From positions 13,428-77,427 of the forward strand of contig JAAOMT010000672.1 of assembly GCA_016748015.1 (NCBI GenBank): 64,000 nucleotides of DNA. The letters run 5' to 3'. Source of the stretch: Geosiphon pyriformis uo1. Its lineage: Eukaryota > Fungi > Glomeromycota. Position numbers and translations under genes: made by a program. The notes under the pieces are model-generated. The model did no database searches and was not told where the DNA came from. It saw only the letters and a program-made list of their open reading frames with translations. Numbering within the stretch: position 1 is the first letter of the stretch; each line of letters opens with the position of its first letter. Positions 1 to 12,627 of the stretch are shown here, in pieces.

Positions 1-361
1 CTTTGTTGCTTGTTTCTGTTTCTGATTCAAAATCAATAGTGTATTGAGACTGCACTGGATATGTTTCTTCACAGTATTTGATAATGTTATAATTAAGTTC
101 ATGAAAGTAAGTGGCAAGTGTTTCACTATTAAGGTCTTCAGTTCTCAACTGTGAATAGTGTGCTAAATTATTGTAAAGATTGCTTCTAATTTCTGAGATA
201 TTGTAATTTCCAAAAAGATAATTGTTGATGCGGTTTTCAATGTATTGGTATACTGATTTCTTGACAATTTCAATTCCGTCTGGAATGTTGAATCTTTGCT
301 TGCAGTGGATGTAAATTGATTGGTAATACTCTAGAGTTGTTGTGTCTGGTGTGGTCACCAC
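1..361 (-). pseudogene. gag: 5' part of gag of Ty3/Gypsy family A copy A0 (runs off the left edge)
   Basis: Open frame VVTTPDTTTLEYYQSIYIHCKQRFNIPDG..., near-identical to gag of copy A2 (44254-44781); lies just downstream of the PBS. Confidence 0.85.
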
Positions 362-389
362 TTTGAAGTTGTTTTTGCTGTGTTGTTTC

Positions 390-404
390 TGTAGGAGAGC
401 ACCA
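390..404 (-). promoter_or_regulatory. Primer binding site of A0 (TGGTGCTCTCC...)
   Basis: TGG-starting sequence 2 nt after the LTR 3' end; same at 44810-44824; tRNA identity not assigned. Confidence 0.75.
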
Positions 405-406
405 AA

Positions 407-1386
407 TGTTACCAGAGGTTTTTGGTCTCTTTTCTGTAATGTTGTTGATGCTTGTTTGCTGTGAATTCACGTTTTCTGGATGTGGTTGAACCTCCAGTAA
501 CTGAATTTATCTTCAAATTATCTCTTATAATTTGAACTTTGCTGGGCTTATGAGTGGAATGGCCAATTCCGTGCCAGTTGCTTTATGTAGTTACGTTGTA
601 GTAAACATCGACTCTTTTCCAGGAATTGCTTGTCTAGAAGCTTATTAAAAATGTGTAGTTACTTTGCTGTGAAAATCAACTCTTCTACAGGAATCTCGTC
701 TGTAGGCTACCCCAATGATTGTAATAAGAAATAAAAGAAAATAAAAGAAATGTAAAAAAAATAGAATTTTGTCGAAGGAAATGTTTTCTATCCAGGCCTA
801 AAGTCACTAACAGTTTACTGAAATTGGTAGCTAATAAATTTCGAAATGTTAGTTGGGTTTTGGAGATTTTCCAAGTACAATAATTGAAGAATTTGGTTTT
901 TCGAATTATTTGATATTTATTTCTTTTTGTGTATATAGAAATAGTTTTTAAGAGATAAATCTAAGGTAAGATACATTTTCTCGAAGAGAGAAGCTCTTCT
1001 TTTATACAACTTGTTGTAACACTATTCTATGAACTTGAACTTTGCTATTTTCTAAAATTTTGCTGAACTAAAGATACATTTTGGCAAATTACAAGTTATT
1101 TCGGCAAACTATTAGATATCTCGGTGAACTATCAATTATTTCGGCAAATTTCTACAAATTTTGGCGAACTTCTGAATGTTACATAGTTCGGGGTATTGCA
1201 TGATTGATCATCGCAATTAGGTTACATTTGTGTTGTGTACAATTTGGGTTATTAATTAAATGATAATTTTGGACATTTTTGCTAATGTAATAAGTGATCA
1301 TTTGAAATGATAATATATGCTAATTAATGATAAGAATTATAAAATAATTTCATGCTAAATAATATCTCTAATTTTGTCTGGTAACA
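407..1386 (-). repeat. 5' LTR of family A copy A0, inserted into pol of copy A1
   Basis: TGTTACCAG...CTGGTAACA termini; homologous to 6758-7741, 35897-36907 and 44827-45787; A1 pol resumes at 1387. Confidence 0.92.
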
Positions 1387-1499
1387 GTACTTAGATCAAC
1401 CTTCAATTGGACTAATGAAACTGAACAACAGTACTTTTTAAATAATTCTCTTGAAACAAAAGAATCAGTGACAACCAGATGAAATGTCTCCTATTCAAA

Positions 1500-2170
1500 A
1501 CCAGAACCACGAAAACAACGCCCCTACATTCCACTCAAATGCAAGGACTGCCACAAAAAACTCTCCTCAATGGAAACCTGCATTTTACCTGAAGAAAAAT
1601 ATGAAAATCATACTTGTTATTACTGCAAGACTTGTCATAGAGAATGATGGAGCCATCTAATAAAAAGAAGCAGAAAATAGGATAACACCCCTTGTTTGAC
1701 TTGTGGAAATATGCTACCAGAAGAATGCAATTGGATTGATGTAGCAATGAGAGGAGGAGTCTGCAATCAGACCTGCCAATATGCTTTATCAATTTCAGAA
1801 AAAGTAAAAAGAGGAACACTCTTTAATGCGGCATACAACAGTGCTTTCAACAAACTTTATCACTACCTCCATAATGCTGAGATGATTTTCAACCTAGCAA
1901 TAGCATTAATTAATGGAGCTACTAAAGAAGATGTCCATCAAATGAAGGAAGCAGAATACATTGAATACACCATGGAATTAACTGGATTTGATTACAAAGA
2001 TGAAGTAGAAGTCTACCACCAAATTGCAAGTCACACCTACCCAACTCTAGAAGCTCAAATTTAATGATTAGAGCAAATGAACATTAGGCTATGTGAAAAA
2101 TGCATTATGCCTTGTGATGAACAGTGGTGTCTTGAATGCTATGCTCTTAGCATTCCTCTGTCCAGTAAAA
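1500..2170 (+). pseudogene. Cys-rich (putative zinc-binding) domain of A1 polyprotein
   Basis: CKDCHKK..TCYYCKTC..PCLTCG..CNQTC..LCEKCIMPC...WCLEC; conserved in A2 and family B. Confidence 0.7.
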
Positions 2171-2259
2171 ACAATGAGAATGAAATTGAATTTGGAGAAC
2201 CTGAAGTGACAGAAGAAATTGAAGCAACACCCATCTATCTTATCGAAAATCAGCCTGTC

Positions 2260-2694
2260 TTACAACTCAAATATTTCAACAACAATGGACAAAGAATAAA
2301 ACCCGAAAAAGCACATGAAATTGATGCTGAATATGACCTAAGATATCCAGACAAGGATACTCTTGTTCTCAAACCCAAATCTCTCACAAAAATCAACCTC
2401 AAAATTGCCCTTGAAATCCCGCCAGGAGCAATGGTTCAAATCGCCTCCCAGTCTTCTCTGGCAAGCAAAGGAATCAATGTTAGAGGAGAAATAATCGATG
2501 CTGAATATACTGGTGACATAACAGTAATACTCCAAAATGAAACCAATAAACCTTTTAAGATCAAACATGCTGAAAAAATTGCCCAAGCTATTTACCTACT
2601 CTTAATCAACATTTTGGGTTTACAATTAGTCAATCAAAAAGAACTATTGGGAAAAAATGAAAGAGGAACCCAAGGTTTTGGTTCAACTGGATGA
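2260..2694 (+). pseudogene. dut: dUTPase domain in A1 pol
   Basis: Trimeric dUTPase motifs DA(E/G)YDL, ASQSS (RSS), IIDA(E/G)YTG, IAQAI, RGTQGFGSTG. Confidence 0.9.
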
Positions 2695-3229
2695 TTCTTA
2701 GTTCCAGTAAACATAGCTCTTAATAAACAAAATGAATCTTACCAGATTCTATGACTTCCACAACCAATTACTATTTCACTCTTTGGAGAACATCTGGAAA
2801 TCTACATCTGTCTAAAGTCAACAACCACACAACAAATTTTTGAATCCAACGAACAAGTCTGCTTGGAACATAATATTTCAATCCCAAACATTTATATTCC
2901 AGAAGGAACAAAGAAAGTCCAAGTTACTTTTTACAATCCCAACAATTATCCCATAGTTTTATTAAATAACTTAGAAATTGGAATCATTCACAGTAACGTC
3001 TTTCAACAAGAATTACCTCAGACAGTTCCCAATTTCTCAGAAATTATTAAACATTCACTACCAAAAATCAACCCAAATCCCAGTTCTAAGAACTACCATG
3101 TTGTCATGGAAAAACTATCTCAAATCAACATGGGACAACTTGAACCACAACAAAAGAGCCAGCTCAAAGAGCTAATTATAGAATTTGCTGATATCTTTGC
3201 CAAAAACAACAATGACTTAGGAAAAACTG

Positions 3230-5951
3230 ATTTGGTTCAACACCAAATCTATACAGGAGATGCCAAACCAAGACAACAACAAGTCTACCGAGTTGCTCCA
3301 GAAAGTCACCAATTTATCTGAGAAGAAGTACAACGGATGCTTAACAATAGGCTTATTTAACCATCAATAAGTCTATGGGCCTCACCTGTGGTCCTAGTTA
3401 AGAAAAAAAATGGAAAGATATGATTTTGTGTTGATTATCGACAACTCAATAGTGTCACCATTGGAAATGCCTCTCTTCCCTAAATCGATAACATGTTAGA
3501 TGCCTTTGGAAAATCCAAATACTTTTCAACATTAGATCTAAAAAGTGGATACTAACAAGTCGCCATGGATCCCAAAGATCATCCCAAAACAGTATTCACT
3601 ACTCAAGAAGGAAACTATGAGTTCAATGTAATGCTTTTTGGATTATGCAATGCACCAACAACATTCCAAAAACTCATAGATGTTGTTTACAAAGGCCTCC
3701 TTTGGAAATCAGTAGTTGTCTATCTCGATGATACTGATGTCTATTCACCATCTTTTGAATTACACTTAAAACACCTGCACAAAGTTTTTCAACAATTACA
3801 GAAAGCAGGATTGAAACTAAACTAAAAATCGAAAAATGCTACTTTAGAAAAATGAGTCTGATCTTTCTTGGTCACATTGTTAGCAAAGATGGAATTAAAC
3901 CAGACCCCGGAAAAATCAGCATTGTCAAGAACTTCAAAACTCCACGAAATACCACAGAATTGAGAGGATTTATTGGATTAGCTTCCTATTACCAAAAATT
4001 CATTAAAGAATTTTCAGAAATTGCAAAACCCCTCAACCAGCTCACTACTAAAAATGTCGAATACAAATGGATAGAAAAACACCAAAAAGCTTTTGAAATT
4101 CTCAAGGAAAAACTGACAACAGCTCCAATTCTCGCCTATCCAGACTTTAGTAACCAATTTTGACTAGCTACAAATGTTTTTTATATTGCCTTTGGTGCTA
4201 TCTTATCACAATTAGATGACAACAGAAATAAGCGAATAATTGCTTATGCTAGCAGAACATTAAAACCAGCCGAAAAAAACTACTCTGCCACAGAACTAGA
4301 AACAGCAGCCATAATTTGGGCCCTACACCACTTTAACTTTTATCTCAGGCCTAAAGAATTCAATATTATCACTGATAATATTGGACTCAAATGGCTTCAG
4401 AACAAAAACACTCAGCTAAATGCAAAACAAACCCGATGGACAAGATTTTTAGCCAACTACCGATACATTGTACACCACAAACCAGAAAAACTCCATACCA
4501 ACATTGATTGTCTCTCAAGAATAAGGCAAGATTAAAACATAAAAACAACACTTATTTGAATTAACAACAAAACAATAAACAATGAACCCCGAAAACTACA
4601 ACAATCTTAAACAATATCTGAAAACATTAACAATCCCAACAGATTGGTTCTCAGATGAAAAACATCAGTTACAACAACAAGCCAAACAATACTTCTTATA
4701 CAACAACATTATTTATTATTAAAACTTCAGAAATTCAGACAATCTGCTCAGATTAATATAAAAACATGAAAAAAAAACCATTTTATATAATATGCACTCA
4801 GACTCTTCATCAGCACATCTAGGAAAAGACAGCACCACTCAGAGAATACTAAGATATTACTTTTGGACATTCATGAATACGTTAAATCTTGTGATAGTTG
4901 TCAAAAAAGAGGAGGAACTCACCCTACAGAACCTTTAAACCCAATCAAAGTTGAACAGTCTTTTGACCAAGTTGGTATCAATTTAGTCAGACCACTCTCT
5001 ATCACAAACCAAGGAAACTGTTATATTGTAATAGTTGTAGACTATCTCACCAAATGGCCTGAAGCCAGAGCCATTCAATGAGCAGATGTGAAATCAGTAG
5101 CAAACTTCATCTACAAAGACATTATTTGTAGACATGGATGCTCAATAGAACTTTTATCTGATCAAGAAACACATTTTGTGAACAATTTAATCCAGAAAAT
5201 TTGTGGATGATTTAATGTCAAAAGACTATTATCTTCACCCTACTATCCACAAACAAATGAACTTGTAGAACGTTTCAACAGAACATTGTGTGAATCATTA
5301 GCCAAAGTCTCAATTGATTTTGAGCAAGAATGGAATATCTTTATTTCATCAGTGTTACTAGCATATAGAGCACTAAAACAAGAAACCACAAAAAACACAC
5401 CATTTGATTTAACTTACGGAAGGACAGCAATATTACCAATTAGTTTCACAGTGGAAACATACTCAGCACAACCAATTGATAAAAACAATTTCTAAGAAAC
5501 ACTTCAACGAAGAGCCTACACTCTGCTTAGCACGTTGGAAGGAAAATGATGAATAGCAGCCACCCATATTGAACACTCCCAAGCTCAACAAAAAAAATGG
5601 CATGACAACAAATTGCCTCCAGTTACCAATAGATTTAAAATTGGAAACAAAGTTCTCTTACACAGAACTAAAGCTAAAAAACAATGGAGTGGGAAATTTG
5701 AAAATAAATGGGATGGACCATTCTTTATTCATGAAGTTTTAGGCAACAGATCATACAAGCTAAGACTTGATAACAAAATCCTAGCAAAAGCTGCACATGG
5801 AGATCATTTAAAACACTATAATTCCAGAAACAATCCTGAACCATTAATTTCACAAATTGGTACACATTCTTCTTTAATCAATCCCAAAGATATTCCCCGA
5901 AATTTAGAACCAATAGTTGTTATTGAACAACCTCCCAACTTGAACACTTAA
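3230..5951 (+). pseudogene. pol: RT-RNaseH-integrase of A1 (stops and frameshifts)
   Basis: WASPVVLVKK, FCVDYRQLN, YLDD, FLGH, AYASRTL, CDSC, VVDYLTKWPEA, VERFNRTL, KWDGPF (GPY/F); no chromodomain seen. Confidence 0.93.
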
Positions 5952-6069
5952 CTTAAATTTATTATAGTTATCTTCTTATAATTTAGAAACAATCTCACAA
6001 AAACAAAACAAAAATAACATAAAAACCCATACACCAAAAATAATTTTCTTTTATTTCAAATCTTTTATA

Positions 6070-6789
6070 ATGACTATTCCTCAAAACATTCAACAATTAT
6101 CCCAAAAACTAATGTTAACTTTAAAAACAATACCCAAATTATTCATTACTGTTACTGGAAACCACATTAATTATACCCAAACAGAAGTAGTTACAAATTC
6201 AGCCTCAAATTCACGAAAATATCACCCATATAAAAAGAACACAAGAAGTTATTCTGGAATTCACCTGCCAGAACTTTTAAAGCTTGCTTTAAAAGAAAAC
6301 TTAATGCTTATTCCTATTAGTATTCCACCAAATGCTACTATTCAACAAAAACTTCAACTGTGTCTTAATGAAGAAAACTACAACTATACTCCAATATATA
6401 GATATTTCTACATTGGAAAAACACTTCACGAATGAAAACAGGAGCTTACAGCAACAAACCTCACAAAAGAAGCTATTCGGAAACAATTCCACAATGAATT
6501 CAAGACAACAGCTGGACCTACAAACAGTTATTATAAACTAAGAGCTGCTCTTAGACTTTATGACCTATTTCACACCTGTGAAAACATCCTACAAAACCCA
6601 ATTTTACAACCTTTGAAGATTCAATACATTGGAAAGCTCACAGAACTGAAATTTTAACAATTTTCAGACCAAATTTCTTTAATAATTTTGGATTATTATC
6701 TGGAAATTACAGACAGTACTTGGACTTTAACAGAGCTCAGTCTTGAGGAGAAGGTTATGTTACCAGATGAAATTAGAGATATTGTTTAG
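6070..6789 (+). pseudogene. Extra 3' ORF (ORF3, ~240 codons) of A1, reading through the PPT into U3
   Basis: ATG at 6070; frame continues past C>T-type stops (YFYIGKTL...AALRLYDLF...IQYIGKLTE) to TAG at 6787-6789; homologue at 36888-37595. Confidence 0.75.
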
Positions 6790-7741
6790 CATAAAATTAC
6801 CCTTATAAATCTTATCATTAATTAACATATATTATTGTTTTAAATTATCACTTATTACATTAGCAAAATGTCTGAAATTATCATTTAATTAATAACCCAA
6901 TTTGTATATAACACAAATGTAACCTAATTGCGATGATCAATCATGCAATACCCCGAACTATGTAACATTCAAAAAGTTTGCCGAAATTTGTAGAAATTTG
7001 CCAAAATAATTGATAGTTCACTGAAATATCTAATAGTTCACAGAAATAACTTGTAGTTTGCCGAAATGTATCTTTAGTTCAGCAAAATTGTAGAAAATAG
7101 CAAAGTTCAAGTTCATAGAATAGTGTTACAACAAGTTGTATAAAAGAAAAGCTTCTCTCTTCGAGAAAATGTATCTTATTTCAGATTTAACAATTAGAAT
7201 CATCCTTTACACACAAAAACGAAGTAAATATTAAATAAATTGAAAAATCAAATCTTTAATTATTTCCCTTTTGAAATTAACCAATTCCTACTAAACAGTT
7301 TTGAAATTGATTAGTTACCAATTTCAATAAACTGTTAGTGACTCCAGGCCTGAATAGAAAAACGTTTTCCTTGATAAAATTCTATTCCTTTTTACATTTC
7401 TTTTATTTTTCTTTTCTTTTCTTATTACAATTGTTAGGGTAGCCTACAGATGAGATTTCTGTAGAAGAGTTGACTTTCACATCAAAGTAACTACACATTT
7501 TTAGTGAGCTTTCAGATGAGCAATTCCTGGGAAAGAGTTAATGTTTACTACAATGTAACTATACAAAATAACTGGCACGGAATTGGCCATTCTACTTATA
7601 AGCCCAGCAGTTCAAATTATAGGAGATAATTTGAAGATAAATTCAGTTACTAGAGGTTCAACTGCATCCAGAAAACGTGAATTCACAGCAAACAAGCATC
7701 GACAACATTTAAAAAAAGAGACCAAAAAACCTCTGGTAACA
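6758..7741 (+). repeat. 3' LTR of A1
   Basis: TGTTACCAG...CTGGTAACA, preceded by PPT. Confidence 0.93.
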
Positions 7742-8437
7742 GTGTTCATAATTTTTTAGAAGGTTTTTTTGTCAATTTTTTTCTCAGCTTAATGGCCAGT
7801 TTTCTGGTAAGCTATCCTCAAATTCCAAGTGTTTACTCTTATTTCTGAATTTTTTACCAGTTTTTTTAACATCAATTACTTAGTACTTAATCTTTTTAAT
7901 CAGTTAGTAAATTAATAAAACAACAAAAATAAATAAAAAATAAATAAAAAAAATAAAAAAAAATAAAAAATTAGTATTCTGTCAATAGCCATGATTAAGA
8001 GCTATTAGTCCAATATAGTTAAGTATTAAATTATATTAACATGAAGTATTAATAGTGACAAAAGTAATTAATATTCTTAATCAAGTAATAATAACATGAA
8101 TTTGATAATAATAAATAATTTTATTAATAGGAAAATAATTTCACTTTAAGTCATAGAAAACTATCTTTTAAAAAAAAAATATTGTTCCAAATTAATATAA
8201 ACTCTATTGAATTCTCCAAGAATTGCTTTTTTTGTTTTTAATACTCTTATTATATATATATAATTTATGTTATATGAGATTTCTGGAATTCTGCAATTTT
8301 TTTAAAAAAATTCTGAAATTCTGAGATTTTGGAATCTTACAATTTTTTTAGAAAAATTTTGGAATTTTTTTGTTATTATGTCTACTTTTGATTGGCTATT
8401 TCTCTAACTATAATACTCCTAATTTCTATAAGTAACA
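7742..8437 (-). repeat. Partial family B LTR, interrupted by A1
   Basis: Starts mid-LTR (matches 22291 onward) and ends AGTAACA. Confidence 0.85.
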
Positions 8438-11400
8438 TTATGAACAGTTTTTTGGCTCAAAATATTTTAAAAGTTGATAAAAATTTAAGTTGACTGATTT
8501 TGATGTGTTTTTTATTTAAAGACAAGCTTTTAGTAATAATTTTGGGTTTATATGCTAGTGTTTTTTCTGAGTTTAGGTTTGAACAGACTTTAAAGATTAA
8601 ATTTTTTATTGTTAAAACAGTTAATTCTAGCATTTTTGTTGTTTAAAATGAAAATTTCAATAAAAATAGATTTAAAAAAAATGCAAGTTTCAAAAAGTGT
8701 TTAAATATAAGATTGGTTAATTTATTCATTGAATATTTTTTGATTAAAATTCCTACTTAGAACAACTTTAAAAGAGCTGAGAAAGCTATTAACTATATTT
8801 TTGTTGGTGATAATTTGTTATTAGCAATTGCAAATTATAAGATCAGTTGTGTATCTGAATTTTTTAATACTAATTACAAAGCAGTTATGGTTTTAGTTGG
8901 TTTGAAAGATTTTTGAATGCTTATCTAAATAGTATTTGCAAGCAAACAAATAAGAATTATTAAAAATTTAAGATTAAAGATGCTGATAGTATTAAATAGG
9001 GTAGTTTTTGTGATAATTTTTTTATTAATCTTTCTTTAATAAAAAATAAGTTTAATAGAACACATGTAAAAAACAATCTATATGTAATATAAAGACTTTT
9101 AAGAAACATAATAGTAAAATTGACAAACAAAACATTTTTTAAATATTAGTATAGTAAAGCCAAATGTCTTTTTAACAAACAGTTATTAAAATTTTCAGAT
9201 TGAAATTGCTGGTTGCTAAGATAATAAAATCTCTTAGATCTATTAATATATCTAAAACCAAATATTTGCTTTATACTTGGTTGGTTATTAATAAAAATAA
9301 AGCTTTAGAAATGCAAATTATGGTTAAAGTGGTGCCAAATTAGTAAATATTTTTAGCTGTTTGTTTAAAATAAGAAAAAATTATCACAAGTCCAAAATAC
9401 ATGAATTTAAGACAGCAGAAGTAATTACTATCAAAAATTAATTAATTAAAATAAAATTTTTTTGTTTAGATAAAAATTATATGATCAAGAGTATTTTGAA
9501 ATTTTTTTTTCACAAAATGATATTAAATTATTTAGTAATTGATAAAGAACTAATTTTAAAATCTGTAAATATCAAAGCTAAAATTAATACTATTATAAAA
9601 AATTGAACCAGAAAATAAACAGTTCTAAGATCTATGTTTAAAGTTTAGACTAATTAGTATGCTTTTTTGAACTATGTAAATAATAGCATATTTTTAAATA
9701 TTATAAATATTATTGGTTTTGAGGAATTAATTTATGTGGTCAGATACTTGCTGGATAAAAAAACTGTTAATTTGAGTAGTATTTTTAATAAGCTATAAAA
9801 ATATTGTAATAACAATATCTTTAAGTGTTTTTTGGGTTTTTTAAACTTGTGTTTAATCCTAGATATAATTTCAACTTAGTAAAAAAAAACATAAGTTTTA
9901 ATAATATTTAAGCATTATAATTGAAATGAAATTCTAATAAACATTTAATTTATCACTTTAATTAAAACAGCCAAAAAAATTTTTTTTAAGATTTTTTCAA
10001 ATTAAATTTTGTTTACTTGTAGCAAATTCAATGTTTTTTATGAAGATAACTTTTTTGTTTTAAAAAGTATTTCAACACAGTTTTTTATTTTTGCTGTTGA
10101 TTTAGTGATAAAAAATACTTTAAAAAAAATAAAAAAATTTGGCTAATATTATAAAACATACACAAAGCATATAATTTTGATGGTTGACATTATTTAAAAG
10201 CTAGTTTGCAGTATATTAAAATGTATAAAAAATTTATTAGTTTTTTTGACAATATTTATAAAGACAAAATAAATAAAATTATAACAGATTTTAAACTAAT
10301 AAACAAATATCAAGTACATAATAAGCTAAATCAAAGTGAAATATATTTTTTTTCCTTTAGAGAATTTTTTATGATTTTTTTTATATTAGATCAAAAGCAT
10401 AAGCATTTTTGTAAATATTAAATTAACATCAAGTTTGTGGCCAAAATAAGCAGATTGAAAGTCATAAAAGAAAAAACTTTTTTTTTTGCTGCTAGTGTAT
10501 TTGTTAATAAAACTATTTAAATTAAAAATAATTAAGTTTTTATATAGTATATTTTAGATATTATCAGTAAATTTTTTTTTTTAATAATATTAAAATCAAT
10601 AATAACAAGATAATAGCTATTTTTATCAACCAAAAGATTAGAAAAGCTTCTTTAAAAATTAGTGTATTATTTATTTCAATTGTCAAAAATAGTATACTAT
10701 ACAAATATTTAGGTATTTTTTTATTAACAAAGAGTTTGTTTAAGCCTAATTTGATTAAAACTCAGTCTAATATTAAATTTTTTTCAAATTTGGTACCAAA
10801 AAAAATTGTTAGAGATAAACAATTTTCTTATTTAATTTTGGTTATTTTGTAGCTTTTTGTTAGATATTGGTTATAGTTCAGTTTTGTGTTCTTTAGAATT
10901 TGCCATCAATAGGATGTTTTGGTTAAAAGAAATCTTAAGTTAAAAGCTAGTTTGTTACATAATTTTTTTAGTAAAGTACTATATTATCTTTTATTGTATA
11001 ATCCAAAATTATTTAAACAAGTTTAGATTGAAAAAAAAGTTATTTCTGTTGTTGCTTTTGCAAATGCTGTTAATATTCTTGATTAACTCTTTAATTACAA
11101 ATTTTGGATTAAGTTTTTTTAAATTTCTTATAATATCTGGTTAGATTATGAGTTAGTCTCTCCAATAATTTTTTGGTTAAAGTGATGTGTATTTTTTTAG
11201 ACTATAGTTTTTCATTAATAAATAATTTGTCTTGTGCATTTTTTAATTCTGACAAGTTTTCTATGTCAAATATTTTAGAAATCTTTCTGTATTTTAACAA
11301 AGTAATTTCTTTGAAGAGATTTGGTGTGGCTTTTTGTAACAGACTTTTAAATAAACATAATGAAATCATAAATTGAAAAACATTTTATTACTGGAAAAAA

Positions 11401-12627
11401 TTGAATTCTAAAAGATCTGTGCCTTTTTGGTTTATTCTGACATCAGATTTTTTGTATAATACTAGTCTTATACCTGTTTTATTTGGTGTAATTCTTGATG
11501 TAAAAGATATTAATATTTTGTCAATAGATCAATTTTCAATTTTGAAAAAATGTATTTATAAAGATTGATTAGATGTAATTAATATATATACAAATAAATT
11601 GTTAATAGATTTAAGTATTTTCATTGTAACTGGTAAGACTGCTGCATATTTTTTTAAAGTTAACTTAAGTATTAGTGTTAAAGTTTATAATTTATTGTTA
11701 TTAACAATAGCTGAATTGCAAGTTATTGCTTTGGCTTTAAAATATATGTTTTTTTTTTGTACTGTAATTGTATACTTAAACAGTTAGATTGTTTTGAATG
11801 TATGTGTTTTAGAGTTAAAGTTGTCAAATCTTAATTTTCAAAACTATTGCTAAATAAAAAAAAAACATATTGTTAATTTGGTCAAAGATAAAAAACTTTC
11901 AATGATTTGGTCAAAAATTAAAAGACATTTAGGTGTTTTAAGTAATATTTGTGTAGATGTCTTAACAAATAAGACTGTCTGTTTCCTTTTATTACTATCT
12001 AATAACATATATAAATGCTTTATTATGACTAATAATTTGAAAATATCTGGTAATGTTTATTATTTTATTCAAAATATATATAGATTAGTAAGTTGTGCTT
12101 ATTGAAAAGTTAAACTTAGTTTTAAAATATTAGATAGTTCTTAATTCAGAATATTAATTGGATTTAAACTGCTATAGTTTAACATTTGAATTTATACATG
12201 CTATTAGGTTTTATAAGTAAAATTTTAGTTAATTTGTGTATATATTTCATAAAAGCAGTCTATAGAAGACTGCCTATTGTGATTAAAAAAAAATTACAAT
12301 AAAAAATATCCAGATGTTCTGTATTTGTATTGTAAAAAAGTTGAATTTTTTAATTATGTGTTTACTTGTTTTAAAAAAACTGAGTTCTAAAAAAAGATTT
12401 TATTTGACCAGATTAAGATTTGGAAATCACTAATAAGGTTTTAAACTTTGCTATTTTCTATAATTGTAAAGTCTTTCTTGTTGTGTTTGTTAAATATTGG
12501 GTTGTATACTCATTTTTGCAAAGGCTTTGTGCTTAAAAATTAGTACAATAAAGCTTTACAGGTGTTTAAAGATCATAAAAAGGCTGTTTAAGTTCTAATT
12601 AATTTTGTGTACAGTTTAGATAAACAA
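8438..12627 (+). mobile_element. Heavily decayed LINE ORF2 (APE-RT-RNaseH), first part
   Basis: Residual frames LFKDKLLVIILGLYA, NFFVLKSIST, YKYLGIFL, LSISVKV...LTIAELQVIALAL, colinear with ORF2 of the 34-50 kb LINE. Confidence 0.8.

Larger units (their letters stand above)
1387..7741 (+). mobile_element. Ty3/Gypsy family A copy A1 (3' two-thirds; decayed)
   Basis: Cys-rich domain, dUTPase, RT (YLDD at ~3721), RNase H, integrase, extra ORF, PPT GAGGAGAAGG at 6745-6754, 3' LTR. Confidence 0.95.

Noticed and set aside
390-404. Assigning the primer tRNA
   Set aside because: Needs the host tRNA set; the 3' end GGAGAGCACCA is not diagnostic by eye
1055-1175. CRISPR-like repeat-spacer array
   Set aside because: Units are only ~20 nt, spacers are shared among LTR copies, the context is eukaryotic and there are no cas genes
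2077-2694. Host or horizontally acquired stand-alone dUTPase gene
   Set aside because: In frame within pol and present in every element copy
407-7741. 1-kb inverted repeats as TIRs of a DNA transposon or DIRS element
   Set aside because: They are LTRs of two separate, oppositely oriented Gypsy copies, one with its PBS and the other with its PPT
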